Assembly (NCBI GenBank): GCA_027923505.1
Contig: BROI01000001.1
Location: 2,418,001-2,482,000, forward strand
DNA: 64,000 bases
From: Mayamaea pseudoterrestris
Taxonomy: Eukaryota
Reading direction: 5' to 3'
Below the pieces are notes generated by a model. That model was given only the letters and a program-made list of their open reading frames with translations, searched no databases and had not been told where the DNA came from. The translations under genes were made by a program, and so were the position numbers. The first letter of the stretch is position 1. Each line of letters starts with the position of its first letter. Positions 23,701 to 33,353 of the stretch are shown piece after piece.

Positions 23701-25199
23701 GACGCATCGCGTTGAAAGGTAATGCTTCTATAACACCGGCAGCTGACCAGGCAGTCGCAGCAGCTCTAGCGAGAATTCGGCAGGTTAGACAAAAAGACAA
23801 GGCACTTCTGGGCAAGGAAAATGGAAAGCCCAGGTCCAAACCTCCGATGGGACGAATGTATTCAGCGAGGACACCGAATGTTCGGCAGCTTACCGTACCG
23901 AAGTCCCCTCATTTTGCGACAACGGCTAAACTAGGAGACTCGAAGCTACGAGCAAGAGATAGGCTGGCGGAGATGACATTTGCCCAAAGTACAGACCTTC
24001 TTCGGCGCGGTCTGCGCGATTCGAGTGTCTCATTCACTTCTGACGGCGTTGCTTCCACTAGACCAAGAACACTGACAGTTCCACAGTCGCCGAAATTTAC
24101 TATGACCGCAAAGTACGGAGAGAAGAGATTGTCTGCATCTCGCAACGGCCAAAATAAGGCCGCTCCTTCGTTGGCGCAAAGCGGTGAAGTTTTGGCCAGC
24201 CAGTTGCGCGTATTTGATCCGCCTTTGACGACCACGAGTGCGCGTCAGGTAACTCTTCCGGTATCGCCGAAGTTCCACTCAACGTCGAAGCGACACGAAA
24301 GACCCATGGCTGTGAATAACGAAGGCATCCAACCAGTACGTCAGTCGAGAGTATCCATGCCAAATGCGTCAATTAGACTGTCGACGAGGCCTGCACTGCT
24401 TCCATTTGGGAATAGCGTCACTGATACGGTGATAAATTCTGTATTCAAGGCCCGTCCGATGCCAAATTTTGGAAAGCATGCGTCTGTCGTCCGAATGGCT
24501 TCTAAAACTTCTTTTCGATCATTGACGGCACGAGATAAACAAATGTGTACTAGGTCAGATGACGGCACAGATGACGATATGGAGCAGAAAAGACCATTCA
24601 AGGCGAAACCATTGCCTTCGACTACATACCAACCAGAGCGCATTAAGAAACCTGCGAAGGCGCTGACCAAAGAATCGGCCGAGACAGCAACCAAGCCCTT
24701 TAATTTGAAATCAGCGAACCGACATGAGCAATATCAAGCGAAATTGCGCGAGAAATTAAGGGAACAAGAAGAGCAGGAAAAGGCTCAGCGCCAATTTCAT
24801 GCGAAGGAATTCAAGTGCCCTCCTGCTCCGGAGTCGCGAATCAAGTCGAGCAAGGCACCGACAACGCCTGCCCCATTTCAACTGGCCTCACTGGATCGAC
24901 ACGAGAAGTTTGAGTTAGAAACCAAGCAGAAGCTTGCCGACGAAGACGAAGAGATGCGGCGCTTGGCGAATTTCAAGGCGACTCCAGTACCCAAGTCTAC
25001 ATACGAATCCACAAATTCGCCGCCGCATGGACCGAAAGTTGAAGAAGAGAGACGCCGGAAAGAGATGTTACAAGATGACGAACGGAGGAGAGCTGCCAAT
25101 TTCAAAGCAAAACCTCTTCCAAAGACGACGTACAAGTACATTCCTATTTCGTCACCCAAACCACCAGAGAAAAGCAACAAGGCGCCGCAAACGTTATAG
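20769..25199 (+). CDS. Large disordered TPX2/FAM161-like microtubule-associated protein
   Basis: 1476-aa ORF (the start may be MWPS at 20832). Repeats: (D)RLxQPTxASKAK about 5x; LTVPKSPHF, LTVPQSPKF and VTLPVSPKF; FKARPMP, FKAKPLP, FKATPVP and TTPAPFQL. Confidence 0.65.
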   Translation: MQMQQQPEESSICCNKSTHIYMWPSPNRKVFPSPQSSEASDGSKPIVEGQINPPRPSAPPLVAATADGEGNQTVPTSIHEDDHEAVIDLTEHQAPSVDDEEDADYVPESLRSFVQQANNRLWQETQGFYSTLLPHSTDSQDAAEETDASVPNPTFSPDASNIYNSPAATVAKSHAYETPTIDLTNVPETISTPPAAAATIISDDDGTKPEPTALFASPPSNVQDDQKQETASQPVLSISHIGELDETQESMQLESFGDTEGQNMLAPEQFDLDSLESDLVQGEKQGDEIDESLPSDEDPPVPSPLTNIVLPSSIAPVDAPLPPPDTLKDEDAALVPVKDHPMPAETGVERHAQASPKIAGQAKVLLPAIVKQAGESWPAAMGPEVSQMESPAATKDVVTEDEVHESSLGAQQKSSTGSAAAPAADTEKAPSMSFWQRVTQPVLPSQAEKDVSVAEVQTSAQASFALPDQVPVGNPFNPPTTLDEEHALFPAKSQPAIAFEPQKHVAGVREQSISPSVTALEDAQLPETKPNSTQNQSESQQIVRNPPAAKINVSGKEAAASFLFAPDDKFDLSNEKMSTPTSSLQHPLAPPTVASRAKEHERPPSVTEVTASSSTSPQSSVAKLSSTTTKPNTPLNSLQHRLSQPTTASKAKEHDHRAKIAVSTEPPTKFLSTDSIVAKKATNPGTTAILDRLTQPTSASKAKELGHNKNNIHETVLATQVASHETEITKVTHSDAIKKVEDAEAKALATSPPDRLLQPTAASKAKQHAPIEHVQDSSLSVTESTVVSTTEPPKSPELLTRKSVSPSLHLLDRLSKPTSASKAKEREHTSQVSPTTSDEKLRLRKAALAPIDTSLSPASPASSPTIVDQVTRLTAASSDHAVRATLEQSAPENESKGEVPRTPCKSSAPVSIEAFLGSTHEQPSPIQTVASPVSHDTERCSKQEVSMATRPDMPRPASDSVVKPDLIAAGPLSTVGARRIALKGNASITPAADQAVAAALARIRQVRQKDKALLGKENGKPRSKPPMGRMYSARTPNVRQLTVPKSPHFATTAKLGDSKLRARDRLAEMTFAQSTDLLRRGLRDSSVSFTSDGVASTRPRTLTVPQSPKFTMTAKYGEKRLSASRNGQNKAAPSLAQSGEVLASQLRVFDPPLTTTSARQVTLPVSPKFHSTSKRHERPMAVNNEGIQPVRQSRVSMPNASIRLSTRPALLPFGNSVTDTVINSVFKARPMPNFGKHASVVRMASKTSFRSLTARDKQMCTRSDDGTDDDMEQKRPFKAKPLPSTTYQPERIKKPAKALTKESAETATKPFNLKSANRHEQYQAKLREKLREQEEQEKAQRQFHAKEFKCPPAPESRIKSSKAPTTPAPFQLASLDRHEKFELETKQKLADEDEEMRRLANFKATPVPKSTYESTNSPPHGPKVEEERRRKEMLQDDERRRAANFKAKPLPKTTYKYIPISSPKPPEKSNKAPQTL

Positions 25200-25265
25200 C
25201 AAACTTCTGTAATTTTTTGGATTAGAAAATTTACAAGCAAACGCACATTCTAGCTCTTAGGAAAA

Positions 25266-26307
25266 AGTAATGATTTTTGCACCATGCTTGTGTGATTTAG
25301 GTATACATGGCATGTTATATGGGAGTTGAATGTCCAGGATTTGCGGGCTGAGACTGGCGACACAAGTGACATTGCAGTCCACTGAGACACCAGCCAGTCA
25401 ACTTATCTTGAAGCGCACCTGATGAAATAAGGATGTTAGCACCATTGGCTTGATTTGGGCAAACTTGGAGACTACACAGGCTAGTGATGAATGCATTGCA
25501 CTTTTGACATCATGAATCAATGCCTGTCAACTGCCAGCTATCAATTGACACCTCTCTGGCTGTTGGAGTGGGTTGTGGCAGCTAGCTACTGTGGACAAGC
25601 CTGGGGAAACGATATGATGGCAGTCCCTGTCATGGAACTTATAGACTACATGGGCTAGTGATGAATGCATTGCACTTTTGACATCATGAAACAATGCCTG
25701 TCAACTGCCAGCTATCAATTGACACCTCTCTGGCTGTTGGAGTGGGTTATGGCAGCCAGATACTGTGGACAAGCCAGGGGACATGAATTGCTGGCAGCCC
25801 CTGTCATGGAACTTGGAGTCTACATGGGCTAGTGATAAATGCATTGCACTTTTGACATCATGAAACAATGCTTATTTGCCCGCAAACAAGTGACACCTCC
25901 TGAATAATGATGTTGGCACCATGCTGGTGTAATTTGGGCACCTACAGGGCTTGCTGTAGGGGCGTTTGAATGTCATGGCATCTGCTGGCTGAGACTGGTG
26001 ACAAGTTGTCACCAAATACATTGCCATCCCCTGAGACACCAGCCAAGCCTGCCATATTGTAGCGCAGCGAGAATAATGATGTTGGCACCATTCTGGTGTA
26101 ATTTGGGCACCTACTGGGCTTGCTGTAGGGGCGTTTGAATGTAACGGCATCTGCTGGTTGAGACTGGCGACAAGTTGTCACCAAATACATTGCAGTCTTC
26201 TGAGACCCCAGTCAAGCTTTCCATCTTGTAGCGTAGCCTGAATAATTATGTTGGCACCATTCTGGTGTAATTTGGGCACCTACAGGGCTTGCTGAAGGGG
26301 CGTTTGA
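25266..26307. repeat. 169-bp tandem repeat array (family B), interrupted by a 174-bp array and cut by an LTR
   Basis: AATAATxATGTTGGCACC starts at 25903, 26072 and 26241, with degenerate units at about 25266-25461. Internal palindrome GGTGACAA-G-TTGTCACC. Confidence 0.85.
25462..25871. repeat. 174-bp tandem repeat array (family A), about 2.3 units
   Basis: CTAGTGATxAATGCATTGCACTTTTGACATCATGAA at 25481, 25655 and 25829. Confidence 0.9.
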
Positions 26308-29300
26308 TGTCACAATGACGATCTAGTCCAGTCGCTTGACGCGAACCTAGACGTCGCCGGGGGCGCACGAGCATAGTACTCGAACCTCCGTTGCGGTACC
26401 AGAAAAGACATCTACTCACAACTACGTCATTGAAATATTGCATGTGTGCCAGCCGCAGGCACGATTAAACAAGATTAGTATTCACTATCGTGAATGGTCT
26501 TGAAAGAGCCATCTGATCAATCGCTCTTTCTCGACCGATCGTAAATCAACTCACTTTCTAGAGAACTGCTTAATCAACTAGCGTTTTGTAGGATAAGACC
26601 CCTGTAGGATAAACCAAGGTAAAGGACTGATCATCCCGCTCACTTGGAAACCGACTACAGAGGGTGAGGAATCGTTGCAGCCGTACGAACTGGAACTGCA
26701 TCGTGTCAGATCACACAGTCTTGGTCTTTACAATCAACTCTCTCGGGCGCTGGTGACGACCACTCCCGTCGTTTCGTTGCACACTACATTGGCAGCGGAC
26801 ATCCCTCGTTCATTTCCTGTCCGAGGCTTCAATCTACAATAGTCCGGCAGACGGAGGGATTGAAGACCGAGTCGAATTGCAAGCATCGCTCGGATAGAAT
26901 CGACTTCCTCGATTATTCTCACGGTATATATTCATCCCGTACCAATCAATCAACAACATGACAGTCGTCGAAGAAGAACCTCCCGTCGGACCCAATGTCA
27001 CGCAAGATGACGCGGAAGACAACTCGCTCGCCGTCGGATTGAAAAGCATTTACAAGCTGAAGACCGTCAACAACGACAAGTTCATGAAGCTTCCAGTCAT
27101 CGTCGCCATCAAGTCACTCCTCCCGGACGGACGCCTACTCACGGAGCCATTCCTAATGCTGACCATCAAGGACATCGAGTCGGTACTGAAGGAATCCAAA
27201 ACGCACATCACGGTTATTCGAACCATTACCCGCCTTCGTCAATGGGCATCGGAAGAGCGCGAACTCAAGGAATGGGCGACGCTCACATTCGCAGCACTCA
27301 TCAAAGCGACCGAATCGCCCGAAGAGTCTCTATTCCAAAGCGACATGAGTCGAATTCAACGAGTCAGCTCGACGGACGTTCCAGAGAAGTCCGAGGCCGA
27401 GAAGTACAAAGCTCGCGTCCGAGTCGACACCAAAGCATACACCGAGTTCAAAGACGAGTACAAATTCCGTCAATGGTGGCTCAAGACGTTCGCAACGGCC
27501 AAGAACCAAGGCATCGAGCGAGTCTTCGATCCGGATTTCAACCCGACAACGCTTTCGCCCGAAGATCTCGAGGTATTCAAAGCGCAAGAAGCCACAGCAT
27601 TCGACATCATCACTTCATACTGCAAAGTCGCCAACTGCATCCCGATCATTGGCCACGGCCACAGGGCGGGTCGGCCCACGAGTGTTTCACGGAAAGGAAC
27701 AAGATGTACTTGACGGGCAAGAACGCCGAGCGCGCAGCACAGCGAGCCGAGTCGAAAGTTCGCGACATGAAACTGACGAACGACCACGGCAGCACGTACA
27801 CTGCGTGGTTCACTCAATGGGAGAATGCCTTGCTCGATTACGAAGATTATACCGGCGAAACAGTCCCCGACGCGACGCGCAAGAAGTGGTTGTCCGAATC
27901 GGTTCGCTGGAACGACGCCTTTCGCCAAGAAATCAGTTCGGCGAGTCGTATCCTCAACGCGCAAGGTCAAGATCAAAGCTTCGAAGACTGGTACAAGCAG
28001 CTCATCGAGTTCGCTCGCGATACCGACGACGTCAAAGCGGCACGCAAACGCCAAATGAAGATCCACCAATCCATCCAACAAGCAAGTACTCCACCGACCG
28101 GAGGCACTCCACCGACTAGCGGCAACACTCCAAGCAGCGGCCAAGGCGGAAACGGTCGTGGAAATGGCAGCGGACGCGGAACCGGTCGCGGTTCTGGACC
28201 GCGGTGGACGCGGCGGCCGAGGTAACTTCGGGCGAGGTGGTGGACGCGGACAGTGCACAATCCTTCTGCAGCATCGAACCGTCGAGTCGAACCGGATGTA
28301 TGGTTCTCTCGGAGGAGCAACGCGAAGCTCACAAGGCAGAAACTCGCCGAATCCGAGAAGCGGAACGTGCGCGCCTGCAGCTGAACGCAAGCCAAGCCAG
28401 CACGAACAACACTAATACACCACCAACTCCACAAATTCAGCTTCCACCGGCGAATACGACGGCGATGTCAACCATGTCGGCGATTACTCAGCCTACAGTC
28501 GGAACTACACCAGCACGTGGAACCGCCATGCGCGCGTTTCAGTCTCAGCAACAAGGCTCGATCGCTCAAGGAAGCCAGCCATCTACTCCACCAGTGTATC
28601 AAGCACGAGTCGGCGACGTTACATACAACATGTATCGTGCCAACGCAACCAACGTCACGCGTCGTTCTACAAACCATGTCGCTACACATAACGTATCCTA
28701 CGCAGATGCGCTTATGGGTATGAATACTCCGGCAACCGAAGGGCCACACGCGTCACAGTTCCATGTTACTCGTGCAATTACGTCTCGAAGCCCGTCCATG
28801 ATGGATCGCGGTGCCAACGGTTCGATCGCTGGTAAGGACATGATTTGCTTGGATCGATCGACGACTCAGTTCGCCGACGTTACCGGAATCGACAATCACA
28901 TGATGCAAGGACTACCCATCGGAACATTCGCCGCCAAGATCTGGACGACGGAAGGGAACCGACGCGACCATTCATTCGGTCGTTCAGCTCGAGGACTTCG
29001 GAAACAAGGTATTCGACAAGGCAAGCGCACTTGGCGGACGGCAGCTCATGATTACACCCGAAGGAGCATTGATCCCATTCACGGTCCAGAACGGTTTGGT
29101 CCATTTGAAGATGCATCATTTCACCGACGCCGAGTTCGACACATTGCCGCACGTCGTCATGACGGCAGACACGCCTTGGGATCCGTCAAAGTACGATGGA
29201 GACCTTAATGACGATTCGATTCAAGCGGAAATTGAAGCCGCGACGGACGATCACGAAGCGCCAACACTACTAGTCAACAACACCCAAGTCAACGGAAACG

Positions 29301-32203
29301 CGCAAGACGAATATCCCGAAGACCTTTCAGTCGAAACACTCAACGTCGTCTCATGGAATGGACTCGAAACCCACGAGTGGGAGCACTTCAGCGACGAGTC
29401 GGACCCTATGCAGGTCGAAACCGAGGGTCCATCCGAGCGCATTGCCGACATTGTACCCGATGACGCTTCTTACAACACGAACCCACAACAGGATGACATT
29501 TCACTACCCTCACTACTCTCACGCGGAACCATATCGACATCCGGATCAAGCCATGCTCAGAACCCCAACGACGCAACGTTCGAATACGAAGACACTGCCG
29601 GGGAAATGTACGATCCGTACGAGCTGCAGGTCAATGCCGCAATTGTAGAAGCTGGAGGCAATCCATATTCTGGACTAGCCGGCCGACCGGCACGCACTGT
29701 GGTTCCTACGCGACCAGATTACCAAATGCTTCGTCCCAACTTCGGATTTCTACCCACCGATCGTATCAAGGAGACTCTCAAGAACACTACGTTCCAGAGA
29801 AGTCCGAGGCCGAGAAGTACAAAGCTCGCGTCCGAGTCGACACCAAAGCATACACCGAGTTCAAAGACGAGTACAAATTCCGTCAATGGTGGCTCAAGAC
29901 GTTCGCAACGGCCAAGAACCAAGGCATCGAGCGAGTCTTCGATCCGGATTTCAACCCGACAACGCTTTCGCCCGAAGATCTCGAGGTATTCAAAGCGCAA
30001 GAAGCCACAGCATTCGACATCATCACTTCATACTGCAAAGTCGCCAACTGCATCCCGATCATTGGCCACGGCCACAGGGCGGGTCGGCCCACGAGTGTTT
30101 CACGGAAAGGAACAAGATGTACTTGACGGGCAAGAACGCCGAGCGCGCAGCACAGCGAGCCGAGTCGAAAGTTCGCGACATGAAACTGACGAACGACCAC
30201 GGCAGCACGTACACTGCGTGGTTCACTCAATGGGAGAATGCCTTGCTCGATTACGAAGATTATACCGGCGAAACAGTCCCCGACGCGACGCGCAAGAAGT
30301 GGTTGTCCGAATCGGTTCGCTGGAACGACGCCTTTCGCCAAGAAATCAGTTCGGCGAGTCGTATCCTCAACGCGCAAGGTCAAGATCAAAGCTTCGAAGA
30401 CTGGTACAAGCAGCTCATCGAGTTCGCTCGCGATACCGACGACGTCAAAGCGGCACGCAAACGCCAAATGAAGATCCACCAATCCATCCAACAAGCAAGT
30501 ACTCCACCGACCGGAGGCACTCCACCGACTAGCGGCAACACTCCAAGCAGCGGCCAAGGCGGAAACGGTCGTGGAAATGGTAGCGGACGCGGAACCGGTC
30601 GCGGTTCTGGACCGCGGTGGACGCGGCGGCCGAGGTAACTTCGGGCGAGGTGGTGGACGCGGACAGTGCACAATCCTTCTGCAGCATCGAACCGTCGAGT
30701 CGAACCGGATGTATGGTTCTCTCGGAGGAGCAACGCGAAGCTCACAAGGCAGAAACTCGCCGAATCCGAGAAGCGGAACGTGCGCGCCTGCAGCTGAACG
30801 CAAGCCAAGCCAGCACGAACAACACTAATACACCACCAACTCCACAAATTCAGCTTCCACCGGCGAATACGACGGCGATGTCAACCATGTCGGCGATTAC
30901 TCAGCCTACAGTCGGAACTACACCAGCACGTGGAACCGCCATGCGCGCGTTTCAGTCTCAGCAACAAGGCTCGATCGCTCAAGGAAGCCAGCCATCTACT
31001 CCACCAGTGTATCAAGCACGAGTCGGCGACGTTACATACAACATGTATCGTGCCAACGCAACCAACGTCACGCGTCGTTCTACAAACCATGTCGCTACAC
31101 ATAACGTATCCTACGCAGATGCGCTTATGGGTATGAATACTCCGGCAACCGAAGGGCCACACGCGTCACAGTTCCATGTTACTCGTGCAATTACGTCTCG
31201 AAGCCCGTCCATGATGGATCGCGGTGCCAACGGTTCGATCGCTGGTAAGGACATGATTTGCTTGGATCGATCGACGACTCAGTTCGCCGACGTTACCGGA
31301 ATCGACAATCACATGATGCAAGGACTACCCATCGGAACATTCGCCGCCAAGATCTGGACGACGGAAGGGAACCGACGCGACCATTCATTCGGTCGTTCAG
31401 CTCGAGGACTTCGGAAACAAGGTATTCGACAAGGCAAGCGCACTTGGCGGACGGCAGCTCATGATTACACCCGAAGGAGCATTGATCCCATTCACGGTCC
31501 AGAACGGTTTGGTCCATTTGAAGATGCATCATTTCACCGACGCCGAGTTCGACACATTGCCGCACGTCGTCATGACGGCAGACACGCCTTGGGATCCGTC
31601 AAAGTACGATGGAGACCTTAATGACGATTCGATTCAAGCGGAAATTGAAGCCGCGACGGACGATCACGAAGCGCCAACACTACTAGTCAACAACACCCAA
31701 GTCAACGGAAACGCGCAAGACGAATATCCCGAAGACCTTTCAGTCGAAACACTCAACGTCGTCTCATGGAATGGACTCGAAACCCACGAGTGGGAGCACT
31801 TCAGCGACGAGTCGGACCCTATGCAGGTCGAAACCGAGGGTCCATCCGAGCGCATTGCCGACATTGTACCCGATGACGCTTCTTACAACACGAACCCACA
31901 ACAGGATGACATTTCACTACCCTCACTACTCTCACGCGGAACCATATCGACATCCGGATCAAGCCATGCTCAGAACCCCAACGACGCAACGTTCGAATAC
32001 GAAGACACTGCCGGGGAAATGTACGATCCGTACGAGCTGCAGGTCAATGCCGCAATTGTAGAAGCTGGAGGCAATCCATATTCTGGACTAGCCGGCCGAC
32101 CGGCACGCACTGTGGTTCCTACGCGACCAGATTACCAAATGCTTCGTCCCAACTTCGGATTTCTACCCACCGATCGTATCAAGGAGACTCTCAAGAACAC
32201 TAC
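26308..32203 (+). mobile_element. Truncated CoDi-like Ty1/Copia LTR retrotransposon (probable 5' LTR, gag, protease; no integrase core, RT or 3' LTR)
   Basis: Begins TGTCACAATG where the satellite breaks; the putative LTR runs to about 26716. Gag starts at 26958. Protease MMDRGANGSIAG, IHSVVQLEDFGNKV, LPHVVMTADTPWDP and LRPNFGFLPTDRIKETL are typical diatom CoDi motifs. Frameshifts and an internal deletion near 28955. Confidence 0.85.
27376..32203. repeat. 2,413-bp tandem duplication inside the CoDi-like element (27376-29790 / 29789-32203)
   Basis: ORFs recur at +2413. AC microhomology at the junction. One visible SNP (C28168 / T30581). Confidence 0.95.
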
Positions 32204-32482
32204 CCCCTTGTTGAGAACTTTGAAAGTAGCATATTGGTGATGGCAACTGCCGCCGCGATTTCCCATTGCTTGACAACGACCAGCGAAGCATGCAAACTAA
32301 TCTAGAAAACAAGAAATCATTAATACGGATAATGAAGACGTAGTAGTCGTAAATTGTTTGCCATTAAAGCCAACTTAGCAAAGCATCGTGCCCCGCAACA
32401 TTTTTTATGTATTTGCTGACTCAAGTGTCATACTCTGCGCATGAGTTGTGTATATACAATTGGCCAAGTGAATCAATAATTT

Positions 32483-32866
32483 TTACGTTCCGTAGCCCAG
32501 TCCGAATCCAAGAGCCATCGACAAAGCGCATGCCATGAGAATAGTCGAGTAGCTGAGATCAACATCCATTGAATCGTCATCAGTTGCATCCTGCTGCCAT
32601 GGCGTAAAGTCTTGATACTCATGTACGACAGCGAATGGATTAGCGTGTCCGCCGGCATGGGATGCTGCTAGAAAGCTTGGCTGCTTGTGACTGCGCTCTC
32701 CCGGTGACTTGTGATTGTCGTTTGCAATCGGAACGGTCGATGAGGCTGCTGCTGCCCCGTTGGTTGCAAAAGCATTTGGTCGGTCTCGCTTCTGCACAGT
32801 CAAAAATGCGGTCGTAGTTTGTACAAGCAAGAGCGATATCGCTACTTGCGACAACGAGGCTTTCAT
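32483..32866 (-). CDS. Small probable plastid-targeted protein with a C-terminal transmembrane helix
   Basis: Signal peptide MKASLSQVAISLLLVQTTTA-FL (ASAFAP-like), then a transit-like segment, ending ILMACALSMALGFGLGYGT. Confidence 0.65.
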   Translation of the reverse strand: MKASLSQVAISLLLVQTTTAFLTVQKRDRPNAFATNGAAAASSTVPIANDNHKSPGERSHKQPSFLAASHAGGHANPFAVVHEYQDFTPWQQDATDDDSMDVDLSYSTILMACALSMALGFGLGYGT

Positions 32867-33081
32867 TTGTATACGGAGTTGTCTTATTGAGAAGCTGACG
32901 GATGGGGAAATGTTTGCTGCTTGCGATGGAGTTGCTGCGTATCTGTCGCCGTTGCAATATAATTGATGCTACTTTAGAATCAAGCCGATTGATATCACGA
33001 CTGTGTAACCCGTCTGCACGATGAAAGGTTCTATAATCGCTTGCTTTGCGGCGACGAATGTGGCCGAATCAGAATGTCATG

Positions 33082-33353
33082 TGCTGAGAATCGGTGATTA
33101 AACAGGTGATCCTCAGTACTATGGCCTACATCCCAGGGCATTGGTAAAGATGCGGGATCGACTGGCTGCGTTGCAATGAACAGGACAGTTAGCTATAGAG
33201 ACTCGGAGACACTCTTGGAGAGGTCAAGATTCCAAGAGTTACGGCGGTCGCTTAGGATAGAATAAGCTCACTCTTTTATAGCGGATCTTTTTTGCAAGCG
33301 AATAGGAGAGGTTTATATCGTAAATTACAAGTACATTTGGAGCAATCTCAGCA
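33082..33353 (+). repeat. 5' LTR (272 bp)
   Basis: TGCTGAGA...TCTCAGCA inverted termini; matches the 3' LTR. Confidence 0.95.

Noticed and set aside
25462..26307. CRISPR-like array
   Set aside because: Whole 169/174-bp units repeat with no unique spacers, there are no cas genes, and the context is eukaryotic.
27655..27680. Programmed ribosomal frameshift in gag
   Set aside because: No slippery heptamer, and several other indels occur in the same element, so decay or sequencing error is more likely.
27470..28390. 306-aa antisense ORF in the retroelement (and its copy at 29883-30803)
   Set aside because: Shadow of GC-rich gag codons with no recognisable motifs.
32204..32305. Possible orphan 3' end of a plus-strand gene after the element breakpoint
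   Set aside because: Only about 33 open codons with no recognisable motif; cannot be supported.
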